From the IMG/VR virus record IMGVR_UViG_3300012921_000001, positions 1-49,982 of that record: a DNA stretch of 49,982 nucleotides; one strand, given 5' to 3'. The first letter of the stretch is position 1. Each line of letters opens with the position of its first letter. Source of the DNA: a virus. Both the position numbers and the translations under genes were made by a program. The notes under the pieces were generated by a model that saw nothing but the letters and a program-made list of their open reading frames with translations, ran no database searches and was not told the origin of the DNA. Positions 1 to 7,996 of this stretch are shown here, one piece after another.

Positions 1-47
1 TTCAATGGCATTGAAGAGGTCACCGGTTCGACCCCGGTACGCTCCAA
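1..47 (+). tRNA. 3' portion of tRNA-Ala(GGC), partial; serves as the attL core
   Basis: Folds as follows: anticodon stem 3' strand TGAAG; loop ATGGCAT with anticodon GGC; variable AGGTC; T-arm ACCGG-TTCGACC-CCGGT; acceptor 3' strand ACGCTCC plus discriminator A. The T at position 70 would give the G3:U70 Ala identity pair. It closely resembles the E. coli alaW/X 3' half as I recall it. The 5' half would lie upstream of the window. Confidence 0.8.
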
Positions 48-114
48 AACTTACCCACTAGATATACAGGCTATTTACGAATTATGCAAGGCGCATAACG
101 CCCAGGGGGTACGA

Positions 115-414
115 ATGGCTCTAACGCTCGTGAGAAAGAATCTTCATGACCCTTCATGTAGGGAGGCCCTTTGTGAATTGATGGGCACTCTGGGTCAACT
201 GCTGGATTCGGACAAAGAAACAAAACGGTTAGACGCTCTGTGTTTCGAGATTTCCGGAATTGAGGCAAGGAAGGAAGATTACTCTCTGCCACTGAGCAAG
301 CTGCTTCTGCTCCTTTTGAGGCATCGCGAAGAGCTGGATGCAAGAACCTTTGCTGCACTTGCAAATTATGAAACGTGCATAACAAACGTCCAGGAGGTAA
401 AAGCCGATGTATAA
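115..414 (+). CDS. hypothetical small protein, first of an overlapping gene pair next to attL
   Basis: 99-aa ORF with a GGGGG Shine-Dalgarno-like run 5 nt before the ATG. Its stop overlaps the next start by 8 nt (ATGTATAA). The competing 223-aa antisense ORF has an implausible R/L/S/C-rich composition. Confidence 0.5.
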   Translation: MALTLVRKNLHDPSCREALCELMGTLGQLLDSDKETKRLDALCFEISGIEARKEDYSLPLSKLLLLLLRHREELDARTFAALANYETCITNVQEVKADV

Positions 415-679
415 GCTGCCACCCTGCCGGGATGAATTCCTGTTTTTTTTGCTGAAGCACTGCCCAAAGAGTTTTGAAACGATGAGGGAGTATGCAAGGT
501 TTGCCAATATTCCAGAGCAGACTTTGTACGGCATAGATAGAAGAGGATTCAATAGCACCGACAAAATGATTGAGTTCGCTATTGCATTCCAAATAGATAC
601 CGAGGTGGCACACAGACGCATATCGGAAGAGATATTCAAGCGCCTTTCTGAGAAACCTCACAGAAAAATTGCCTCGTGA
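407..679 (+). CDS. hypothetical protein, possible helix-turn-helix DNA-binding regulator
   Basis: 90-aa ORF translationally coupled to 115..414. The segment REYARFANIPEQTLYGIDRRG reads like helix-turn-helix. Confidence 0.5.
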   Translation: MYKLPPCRDEFLFFLLKHCPKSFETMREYARFANIPEQTLYGIDRRGFNSTDKMIEFAIAFQIDTEVAHRRISEEIFKRLSEKPHRKIAS

Positions 680-724
680 GGGGGTAGACAACCGCATTAT
701 CTCTGGTCGATAATCTCCCTCACG
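675..724 (+). promoter_or_regulatory. nested stem-loop at the stop codon of 407..679
   Basis: Outer stem CGTGAGGG (675..682) pairs with CCCTCACG (717..724). Inner stem ATTATC (696..701) pairs with GATAAT (709..714). There is no U-tract. Confidence 0.4.
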
Positions 725-813
725 CAATGAACGCGTGAGCAATCACCGTATGTGGTGACAGGTCGGAAAGACGATCAACCTGTGGAAACTATCTATACAA
801 GCCAGGTCTAGCC

Positions 814-837
814 TGCAATTGCATCCCTTCTAGGGAT
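814..837. promoter_or_regulatory. two abutting palindromes (operator-like) in the 350-nt non-coding region upstream of the early operon
   Basis: TGCAATTGCA (814..823) is a perfect 10-bp palindrome. ATCCCT-tct-AGGGAT (823..837) is a 6-bp inverted repeat. Confidence 0.35.
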
Positions 838-1032
838 TGTCTTGCATCGCATACACCTTTGCTAACCGTATTCGAAAAAAGGCGTAGACCTTTTGGGGAT
901 GCTGTTGCCTGCTCGATCTGGCGCAATCTAAATCATGCACACTGCGCTGGTGTGCAGCTTGATGCTGCTGAAGGAAGGGTGTCCTGTGGCAGTGGTACAC
1001 CGGCGCGCTGTGCGTGATTCGGAAGGATTCAA

Positions 1033-1242
1033 ATGACCAAACTTAAACACATAACGGCAAGACCACAGCCGAAACCACAGATCATGCTGAACAATCAGAC
1101 AGGAATTGATCTTGATTTCACTGTCGGTGAGCACAAGAAAATGAAGGGGGTCACCGTGATCACCCTGAAGCTGAAAGCGAAACCGGAAGACGTAGCTGGC
1201 GAGACGCAATCTTCACTAGAGCCAGCGGCAGAGACTGCGTAA
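1033..1242 (+). CDS. hypothetical protein
   Basis: 69-aa ORF with GGAAGGA Shine-Dalgarno-like sequence upstream of the ATG. First ORF after the long non-coding region. Confidence 0.5.
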   Translation: MTKLKHITARPQPKPQIMLNNQTGIDLDFTVGEHKKMKGVTVITLKLKAKPEDVAGETQSSLEPAAETA

Positions 1243-1410
1243 GCAGTCCTGACCAGTGGGACAGCGCGCCGTAAGCGTACAAAGTCTGTGACAAGTCTTA
1301 GCTGCACTCGGTAATCACGTATTTCCAATTAGGGCAATCGGAGCCCAGGAAAGAAAAGGAACACTAGCGCTGTTCCACTGCTTTGGACTGGAAATTTTTG
1401 AGGAAAGCAA

Positions 1411-1665
1411 ATGAACATCAATACCTACAACGTATCGGCGCAGGCGAGAGCCGCACGAGGAACCGCAGAAAGACTGGGACACGGCAGAGGCACACTGCTT
1501 TTTACTCTCTGTGAATTCATGGAAGTTGCAGCCGAAATAGGCATCGACGCAGATACTGCCTTCGGTGGTTTTCAGGTTCTCGCCAGTGTCAACGGTTTTC
1601 AAAAACCAGCAGATCCGACAAAGAAACCAGAAGAGCTGCCCGTTGCAGAGGCAGAGCAAGAGTAA
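1411..1665 (+). CDS. hypothetical protein
   Basis: 84-aa ORF with GAGGAAA Shine-Dalgarno 5 nt upstream of the ATG. Confidence 0.55.
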   Translation: MNINTYNVSAQARAARGTAERLGHGRGTLLFTLCEFMEVAAEIGIDADTAFGGFQVLASVNGFQKPADPTKKPEELPVAEAEQE

Positions 1666-1727
1666 GACTTAACGATAGAGCAACAGCCAGCACCATTAGT
1701 GGTGCGGCCTTGATGCGGGGGTTAAAC

Positions 1728-2066
1728 ATGTACGGAAGAAATCATTTCACTGTGTGCACGGGTGCAACAGTCATCATTAACGATGATGGAAAGCGTGTGT
1801 CTGAGCTGGTCAACCAAGTTGACTGTCTAAAAGATGACCTAGCCTGGCACAAGAGGCAATTAGACCAGGTGCGTGAAGCGAATCACCATGCAAACAACGT
1901 GGCACATGAACATGCCGAAGTTATGCGAGCTATTCGGAATTCGTTAGACCGCCTGGGTAAGAAGCCAGAAGCCTCATTGGAAGTCAATTTTATGGCGTAT
2001 CTGGATAATCTTCTTTCAGATGCTGGATTTCCAAAGGTGCAGCTGCCAGCTGTAATCACAAAGTAA
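1728..2066 (+). CDS. hypothetical coiled-coil protein
   Basis: The ORF track starts at 1710 (TTG). ATG 1728 is preferred because a GGGGG run lies 7 nt upstream. The stop overlaps the next start (TAATG). Confidence 0.55.
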   Translation: MYGRNHFTVCTGATVIINDDGKRVSELVNQVDCLKDDLAWHKRQLDQVREANHHANNVAHEHAEVMRAIRNSLDRLGKKPEASLEVNFMAYLDNLLSDAGFPKVQLPAVITK

Positions 2067-2389
2067 TGTCTACTCTGGCGCAAATGAAACAAGCCATCGA
2101 GGCAGAGGGCTACTTGATGGCGAAGGATTGGTGCGAAAAGTACAGCACCAAAGACGCCCCATTCATCAGGGAAGACGTTGACCGGTGGATACATCAAGGC
2201 TGGCTTCCCTACAAGAAATTTTTCAACAGATACAGAGCACTGAAGGCAGACATGCCGGTGCCCCCAGAGGTCAAAGAGTATTGCCGTGCCAGAGAAATTC
2301 GACGTGTGGCAAACGAAGAGGCCGTCAGAGAAGGCAAGACTCAAGTCTTTAATTGCAGAGCAAAGAGAACTAACAAGCATGAGAGCTAA
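2066..2389 (+). CDS. hypothetical protein
   Basis: 107-aa ORF with TAATG coupling to the upstream gene. Confidence 0.55.
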   Translation: MSTLAQMKQAIEAEGYLMAKDWCEKYSTKDAPFIREDVDRWIHQGWLPYKKFFNRYRALKADMPVPPEVKEYCRAREIRRVANEEAVREGKTQVFNCRAKRTNKHES

Positions 2390-2555
2390 GCCGCCACCTT
2401 TTGAGGTAGTTGGCTGGTTTGCATCGTTCTACGAGGCTGACTGCTGGGTCAGGAAGAACAAACGGTACTTAATTCAAAGACGCTACAGGCTAGTGAAAGA
2501 GAGCGATCCTGAATGGAAAGAAGCAATGGAGAAGGGACAGATCAAAGTAATCTAG
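2379..2555 (+). CDS. hypothetical small protein
   Basis: The ORF track frame is 2286..2555. ATG 2379 (MRAKPPPF…) overlaps the upstream stop by 11 nt, so the shorter form is more likely. Confidence 0.45.
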   Translation: MRAKPPPFEVVGWFASFYEADCWVRKNKRYLIQRRYRLVKESDPEWKEAMEKGQIKVI

Positions 2556-2666
2556 TCCCACTGCACACGAGCAAATTCCCGCACACCATCAGGCGGGAAA
2601 ACTGCATGGCGTGCGAACACATCATCTTAAAAAACATGCGCAGAGAGCGCGAGGAGAGAGAAAAGC

Positions 2667-4181
2667 ATGAGCGAGAAAACCGCGTTTCAAAAGGCAAAAG
2701 AGCAGGCAGCAACTGGTGGCGTAAGTTTACCAGCGCCAGCAAGCGGCTCTTCAGACGGTACATCGACAGCATTGACGGTTACACCTGCTGAAGCTGAAGT
2801 CATCATTGCAGAGAAGGATCGCTACGTCATTACGCCCGCAATCGAAGAGGCAGCGGTCCAGCAATTCGTTCTGACTCAAGACATGAGCACGCTGAGACCG
2901 GTGCAGCAGATCGCTTTTATTCAGTGGGAGAAAAACCGCCTGGGCGTAAAAGGTCATTGCATCGACCTGCTGGAGAACAAAAAGACCGGCAAGGTGGTGC
3001 CTTATTACAACGATGAATGCGCCACACAGATGAAGCACAACCGTGGCGCCTCGGTTAAGTACACAGATCGCGGCTTTGAAACACTGGGTGATACCACGCT
3101 ATTCAGAGTGGTGTGTGAAGTCACCAAGGCTGATGGCAGAACAGAGCCACGCACTGCCTATCTGGACGTCAGCGGGCTGAAGGGTCAAGAGCTGGGCAAT
3201 GCTTTGATGAAAGCCGAATCGAAGGCACACAGAAGAGCGGTGCTCAAGTCATTTGGTCTATCAGACGACTCACCGGAAGACGGTGACGGTAAGTTAGTTC
3301 AACTTGAAGGTGAAAAGGAACCGCCTTCGATACAAAGTGTATTCGGTCAGGCGGGTACCAGCTTGATCGGTGCAGTGCAGCAGGAACCGGTAGCTAGTAA
3401 TCCCTCTACTGCTGCACAGGAAACAGGGGAAAGCCCAGCCAAAGAAGAAGCGGCTGATGATGCCGAAATCGTCACCGCTTCTTCGGAGGCAGCGGCAGAA
3501 TCCCCAAAGCCGGATATGCAGTCTGTGGAATCTGCGAGCAGTTCAGATTCATCGAAGACGAAGGATTCTGCAACAAGTGCCTTAGAGAAGCAGACGAATA
3601 TAACGCAGCCCGAGGCTGAGCAGGGAAAGCCTGCAAAGGGTCGGAAGGGTGCTGCTGCGAAAGAAAGCCAGAATTCGTCGAAGGAGTCAGAAGCTGGGAG
3701 TGCTTCTACGGGTGCACCTGCCACCCAGGCTGAAGTGGGAAAGTCGAGCGATGCAGACTGTGCTTCTGGCCAGGTGAAAGAGAGTGCAAGTGCAGAGCCT
3801 GTGGAGGATGCCACATCAGCTGGGGAGGAGGCAGCTGCCCCTGAAGACGAACTAGATCTAGATTCTCTGTTCTCCGATGAGCACGAGGGCGAAGACGACG
3901 ATGCAGACGATGCCGAAGAAGTTGAAGAAGAACTTGACCCGGCTGAAGCAGCAAAGATCGTCACGAAGGAACAGATGCAGGAAATCTTTGATGTTGCCAA
4001 AGCAAATTCGTGGACGCCTGATCAGGTTGCAACTACTCTGCGAGACCACATGAAGCTGGAGCTTAAAGGAGACGTTCCGCGCTACCTCAATGTAGGCGAG
4101 CAGAGAAAAGCTCTGAAGTGGTTTGGCAACAAGGCAAACACACCGGGCACCGCATGGGCGCCGGTCGGTGAGGAGGCCTAG
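2667..4181 (+). CDS. single-strand annealing protein (Erf/Rad52/RecT-type SSAP) with a long acidic Ser/Ala/Glu-rich linker and a small C-terminal domain
   Basis: The N-terminal ~210 aa end in NALMKAESKAHRRAVLKSFGL, which I recognise as typical of phage SSAP cores. GAGGAGAG Shine-Dalgarno upstream. About 200 aa are low-complexity. Confidence 0.55.
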   Translation: MSEKTAFQKAKEQAATGGVSLPAPASGSSDGTSTALTVTPAEAEVIIAEKDRYVITPAIEEAAVQQFVLTQDMSTLRPVQQIAFIQWEKNRLGVKGHCIDLLENKKTGKVVPYYNDECATQMKHNRGASVKYTDRGFETLGDTTLFRVVCEVTKADGRTEPRTAYLDVSGLKGQELGNALMKAESKAHRRAVLKSFGLSDDSPEDGDGKLVQLEGEKEPPSIQSVFGQAGTSLIGAVQQEPVASNPSTAAQETGESPAKEEAADDAEIVTASSEAAAESPKPDMQSVESASSSDSSKTKDSATSALEKQTNITQPEAEQGKPAKGRKGAAAKESQNSSKESEAGSASTGAPATQAEVGKSSDADCASGQVKESASAEPVEDATSAGEEAAAPEDELDLDSLFSDEHEGEDDDADDAEEVEEELDPAEAAKIVTKEQMQEIFDVAKANSWTPDQVATTLRDHMKLELKGDVPRYLNVGEQRKALKWFGNKANTPGTAWAPVGEEA

Positions 4182-5449
4182 TGAGCAACCTTAATGACCT
4201 GTCTGTCTTCGGTGTGCCAGGGTACGGAGAACCGACAGAGCAGCCTCAGCAGTTATCCCTGGTGAAGCGACCGCCTAGCTATTTCGACTTTCAAGAAGTC
4301 TGGACAAAGATGCTTCAGCTGAAGTGTGTGCGGACGACTGCTGAAAACTATTTGCAAAAGCTAGGCGCCACTATCAAGCTAAACAAAGAGCCAAAATCGC
4401 CAACCATCACAGGTCTGACCTGGGAACACATCGAACAGATGAAGGCCCAGGTGGCAGAGAAGGAAGCAAAAACGCAAGAGAAGAAGGCAAAGAAGGAAAC
4501 GCCAAAAGCCACCCCGGCTCCCGTTCCGCAAACTGCCGGCACTCCTGCAGAAGTGCCACCGCCTACGCCACCAAAGGAAAAACCAAAGACAGCAGCTCAA
4601 CAGCTCAAAGAATTTGAATCAATTGTCAGGATCGCAGAGAAGAAGGGCTACGCCAGAGAAGACGTAACTCAGCACTATGCAGCACTCCAGCAAGATGAAT
4701 CAGTCTCTGAAGATGAGATCCTATGGGAGTTAACGGGGTGGGTAGCACAGCTGCATGATGTTTCATCGGCAGCACTAAAGCGCCAAAATGCGGAGAAAGA
4801 AGCACTGTCTGTGGCTCAATCTGAGAGCCACGCGATAGACCGCGTCGAAGCCATTCTAAATGCAAAATTCGTCAATCCGTTCGACAAGAAAGAGTACACA
4901 GGAAGGCAGGTAGTAAGGACACTTTCCACCATCCGGTCTCAGATGGAGACGAGAGAGAACGAATACATCGCAGACATGAATGAGCTGAGAAGCGGGGAAG
5001 AAGGCTGGAAGAACTGCTACGGAGCACAGCTGAACTATTTCCTAAAGGAAGAGTTCAAGCTTCGGCGCCGGATAAACGCCGCCGGAAAGGCCTACTATCG
5101 ACCGGCCACCATAAAGCTGGGATGGATCACAGCGAAGAGGCAGCGTGTGGAAGGCGGTCCACAATGCACAGATAAAGCGCTTTTCGTCCAGATGGTTCAG
5201 AAGTTCAAAGATCCGAAGGTCTTGGAAGAGTTTCTATCTTCTCTAACGGATAAGCAGAAACTTCTGTTTGCAAACTGCTTCAAGCTGGACATCTCCATAG
5301 ATTGGAGAGCATGTGAAATAGCTGTTGAGAATGGCATCAAGTTCGATCATTGGACAATTAAAGAAACTGATGAAATTGGTGAGCCTAAGCTCTACTTCTC
5401 AAAGCCACGTGCTGTCACAGCTGGAGTCGAAGAAGAAGAGGAGGATTAA
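4181..5449 (+). CDS. hypothetical protein with a Lys/Pro-rich linker; the C-terminal half is possibly Mu Gam-like (host nuclease inhibitor)
   Basis: GTG start preceded by AGGAGG and overlapping the upstream TAG. The C-terminal coiled coil plus ATIKLGWITAKRQRV…FKLDISIDW layout resembles Gam as I recall it. Weak. Confidence 0.35.
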   Translation: MSNLNDLSVFGVPGYGEPTEQPQQLSLVKRPPSYFDFQEVWTKMLQLKCVRTTAENYLQKLGATIKLNKEPKSPTITGLTWEHIEQMKAQVAEKEAKTQEKKAKKETPKATPAPVPQTAGTPAEVPPPTPPKEKPKTAAQQLKEFESIVRIAEKKGYAREDVTQHYAALQQDESVSEDEILWELTGWVAQLHDVSSAALKRQNAEKEALSVAQSESHAIDRVEAILNAKFVNPFDKKEYTGRQVVRTLSTIRSQMETRENEYIADMNELRSGEEGWKNCYGAQLNYFLKEEFKLRRRINAAGKAYYRPATIKLGWITAKRQRVEGGPQCTDKALFVQMVQKFKDPKVLEEFLSSLTDKQKLLFANCFKLDISIDWRACEIAVENGIKFDHWTIKETDEIGEPKLYFSKPRAVTAGVEEEEED

Positions 5450-5513
5450 GCGCCGATGTACTCAGAGCCATACATGACCGAAGCCATCCTGGAGAACAGG
5501 AAAGAGAGGAGCA

Positions 5514-5876
5514 ATGATCAAGCATGTCCTGGCGGTGCTTGCTCTGTTGGCGACTACGTTGCCCGCAAGCGCACAGCCTCAGCACTTCTTCCAGTCGCCC
5601 GCAGTGGTGCAGCCTGCACCACAACCGGTGCCTTCATCACCACCACCGAAGCCGGTAATTGCAGACAAGCACCCGCGCCTGAAAGCAATATACAGAGCGC
5701 CTTTGTTCGTGGTTATCCATCCGGTGCAGACCTTTAACCGTCTGACTTTCCCGGTGCAGCATCCGCTGAAGACCGGCAAATGGATGGAAGCCAGCGGCTT
5801 TAACGGGCTGATGGGTGGATTGGGTGCAATCGGAAACGTAGGCACCACTGCAATAGTAGGAGCGAAGAAATTCTGA
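5514..5876 (+). CDS. secreted protein (Sec signal peptide), function unknown
   Basis: MIKHVLAVLALLATTLPASA-QPQ is a canonical signal peptide, followed by a Pro-rich segment. AGGAG Shine-Dalgarno upstream. Confidence 0.7.
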   Translation: MIKHVLAVLALLATTLPASAQPQHFFQSPAVVQPAPQPVPSSPPPKPVIADKHPRLKAIYRAPLFVVIHPVQTFNRLTFPVQHPLKTGKWMEASGFNGLMGGLGAIGNVGTTAIVGAKKF

Positions 5877-6350
5877 ATGAATGTGCTGTGTGTCGATCCT
5901 GGCCCCTGGGAAACCGGATGGGCTGCCATCAATACAAAGAATGGTCTCAAGGGCGCTCCAGGCGGCAGCGGCATTGATCGCAATGAAGACTTCGCAAATT
6001 TTTTGAAGCTCTCACCATCGCTGCAAGCAGTGGTGTGTGAAATGCCCCAGGCGTATAAGACCGTAGGTCAAGACGTCATTAACACTGCCTTCTGGGCTGG
6101 AGAGTATCGACGCATCTGCAAGGATCGCGGCATTCCTTTTCACGAAATAACTAGAAACGAAGTGCGTCACATTATGTGCGGTGTCACTTCCGGTGTGAAT
6201 GATAAACACGTGAATGAGGCAGTCGCCTATCACTACGGTGTAGAGACGCGTAAGGGGCAATGGACAGGATTCTTGAAGGGTATAACCAGCCATTCCAAAG
6301 CCGCTCTAGCTGCCGGTGTGGCTTGGATGAAACACACAGGAGTGAAATAG
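5877..6350 (+). CDS. RuvC-like Holliday junction resolvase
   Basis: N-terminal VLCVDPG (catalytic Asp), VVCEMPQ (Glu), C-terminal SHSKAALAAGVAW. The size and layout fit the RuvC/RNase H fold. Confidence 0.55.
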   Translation: MNVLCVDPGPWETGWAAINTKNGLKGAPGGSGIDRNEDFANFLKLSPSLQAVVCEMPQAYKTVGQDVINTAFWAGEYRRICKDRGIPFHEITRNEVRHIMCGVTSGVNDKHVNEAVAYHYGVETRKGQWTGFLKGITSHSKAALAAGVAWMKHTGVK

Positions 6351-7100
6351 ATGCTCGGAGTAATTGAAGGTAGACAGGCTAAGAGAAAAGGTCATAGACG
6401 AGACTATGACCGACTGAAAGAAGAAATTCCAAACATTGATCTTGATGACACCGAATGGAAAAACAAACTCGGCAAGTCAAGAAAAGAGCACCAGAAAGAA
6501 TGTCAGGGCGTAGACGCAGACATCGACTGGATTAAGGCAGCGGCAAAGCTTGCAGTACGCGATGTATTCAAGCTGGAAGGCAAGACAGACCCGAGCTTCA
6601 AGGAAGTGGATGAGCGCCTGGACGCATACGGCAGAGAAGCCCGCCCGCATTTGTCGGCAGAGACACAGACAGTTCTGGACCGTGAAGCCGACAGAGCAGC
6701 CGCGCAGGAGAAAGAAGCGCAGAAAGAGCGTGACAAAGAGATCGAAGAAGACGCAGAGCGCCGACAAACTTTGATCCCCGGCACAGAAGAAGCGGTAAAG
6801 GCTAACAGGGAAGCTGCGAAGAAGTCCAAAGGCAAGAAGGCCGGAAAGCTCACAGTGACAACAGATCCCTTCTTCCAATCTGACTACCAGGAGCAAGTTG
6901 CCAGAGAAGACACCTTCATCCCACCGGCAGAAGAAGCGTTAGCAGATGTGATGGATGCCTTTAAGGATGAGCCGGAAACAGTAGAGAAGTTGCCGCCTGC
7001 CGATGGCTTCAAGCCGGAAGACAAAGAGACCGAAGGCAAGAAGCCGAAGAAGGCGAGCACCAAGAAAACGGCAGCAAAGCCGAACAAGAAGAAAAAGTAA
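6351..7100 (+). CDS. highly charged Lys/Glu-rich protein with a poly-Lys C-terminal tail
   Basis: 249-aa ORF starting directly after the upstream stop. Ends …KKPKKASTKKTAAKPNKKKK. Confidence 0.6.
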   Translation: MLGVIEGRQAKRKGHRRDYDRLKEEIPNIDLDDTEWKNKLGKSRKEHQKECQGVDADIDWIKAAAKLAVRDVFKLEGKTDPSFKEVDERLDAYGREARPHLSAETQTVLDREADRAAAQEKEAQKERDKEIEEDAERRQTLIPGTEEAVKANREAAKKSKGKKAGKLTVTTDPFFQSDYQEQVAREDTFIPPAEEALADVMDAFKDEPETVEKLPPADGFKPEDKETEGKKPKKASTKKTAAKPNKKKK

Positions 7101-7125
7101 GTTTATTTGGTGAGGGGACAGTAAG

Positions 7126-7527
7126 ATGCAAATTTGCCCAGCGTGCGGTAAGCCATATTCCAGACTGCAACGAAATTGGGGCGGTATGGAAGCCGTTTAC
7201 ATTCACGCTGGTGCAGATTGCATTGTGCCTCTCAAGTTCAATGACATGAACGAGAGAGAGCAGCGCTTACAGTTCGCGCTAGACCAAGAACGTGCATTGA
7301 GAAAGAGAAGAGAAGTCCAGCTGCAAGCGATAGCCAAGTATTGCGCTGGACAAATTTACCTTGAGGAGTATGAAGAACGTGTTGAACTTGAAATACATTC
7401 TAAAGAGTGCCCTTTGCATTGGGGTGATTGCGGCTCCTGCCTTTGCAGCGGCAATGCCAGTGCAATCGCTGAACTTAATGAAGCCTCCCGAGCTTCAGGG
7501 CTTGCCGACAAGGGAGCAACTGATTGA
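7126..7527 (+). CDS. zinc-ribbon / Cys-rich hypothetical protein
   Basis: MQICPACGKP… with GAGGGG Shine-Dalgarno upstream. The 3' ~158 nt overlap the next ORF in another frame. Confidence 0.5.
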   Translation: MQICPACGKPYSRLQRNWGGMEAVYIHAGADCIVPLKFNDMNEREQRLQFALDQERALRKRREVQLQAIAKYCAGQIYLEEYEERVELEIHSKECPLHWGDCGSCLCSGNASAIAELNEASRASGLADKGATD

Positions 7528-7672
7528 CGAACTGGGACAGAATCACCTGGTGTGCATCTGGACGCTTGACGGTCTGATGATCGTCTGGACTGGCGGAACA
7601 GTGGAAGTACCCTGGTCGGACATGCTCAGCAAGTACGGCGATGCCATCAAGATTAAGACTCGCATGCAGTAA
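7370..7672 (+). CDS. secreted small protein (signal peptide)
   Basis: MKNVLNLKYILKSALCIGVIAAPAFA-AA is signal-peptide-like. GAGGAG lies only 1 nt before the ATG. A TTG at 7361 is an alternative start. Confidence 0.5.
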   Translation: MKNVLNLKYILKSALCIGVIAAPAFAAAMPVQSLNLMKPPELQGLPTREQLIDELGQNHLVCIWTLDGLMIVWTGGTVEVPWSDMLSKYGDAIKIKTRMQ

Positions 7673-7683
7673 GGAAGTCGGAA

Positions 7684-7989
7684 GTGCTGACACCAGAAGA
7701 GATGGCGAAAGCCAACAAGACCAGGAAGAAAGAGCGCACTGCCGAAGAGGATGCAGCAAAGATCGAAAAGGATTGCGACGAGCTGTATGCAGCGTGCGAA
7801 GCGCGACTGGAAGAAAGCTGGACCGGTAAGAAAAACACAAGCGTGGCAGTTTGCTGCAAGTACCGCAAGGTAGCTGCCATTGACGAAGTGATAAAGGTCT
7901 TCAAGCTAAAGAAGTGGAAAGCCACCAAGGAATTTCTAGATCCTGGAGACGGAAAGGGAAAGCGCTATCACATCGTTTTCACAGCCTAG
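7684..7989 (+). CDS. hypothetical protein
   Basis: 101-aa ORF with a GTG start after GGAAG. ATG 7702 is an alternative start. Confidence 0.5.
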   Translation: MLTPEEMAKANKTRKKERTAEEDAAKIEKDCDELYAACEARLEESWTGKKNTSVAVCCKYRKVAAIDEVIKVFKLKKWKATKEFLDPGDGKGKRYHIVFTA

Positions 7990-7996
7990 ATGAGAC

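Noticed and set aside
434-443. Homopolymer runs in coding DNA as slippage or phase-variation sites: T8 at 434..441, and A7 runs in the HNH gene near 42855 and 42925
   Set aside because: They encode plausible Phe-Phe or Lys-Lys dipeptides, and no alternative-frame continuation was evident. They are noted only as potential sequencing-error hotspots.
71-742. 223-aa minus-strand ORF spanning the left end
   Set aside because: Its composition is rich in R/L/S/C/P and looks random. It is antisense to two plus-strand ORFs that are translationally coupled and have a Shine-Dalgarno. It would also run toward the att core.
3347-4000. 217-aa Ser-rich minus-strand ORF and nested ORFs antisense to the SSAP gene
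   Set aside because: They fall exactly on the acidic low-complexity linker (GAA/GCT-rich). Low-complexity DNA stays open in several frames, and there is no start context.
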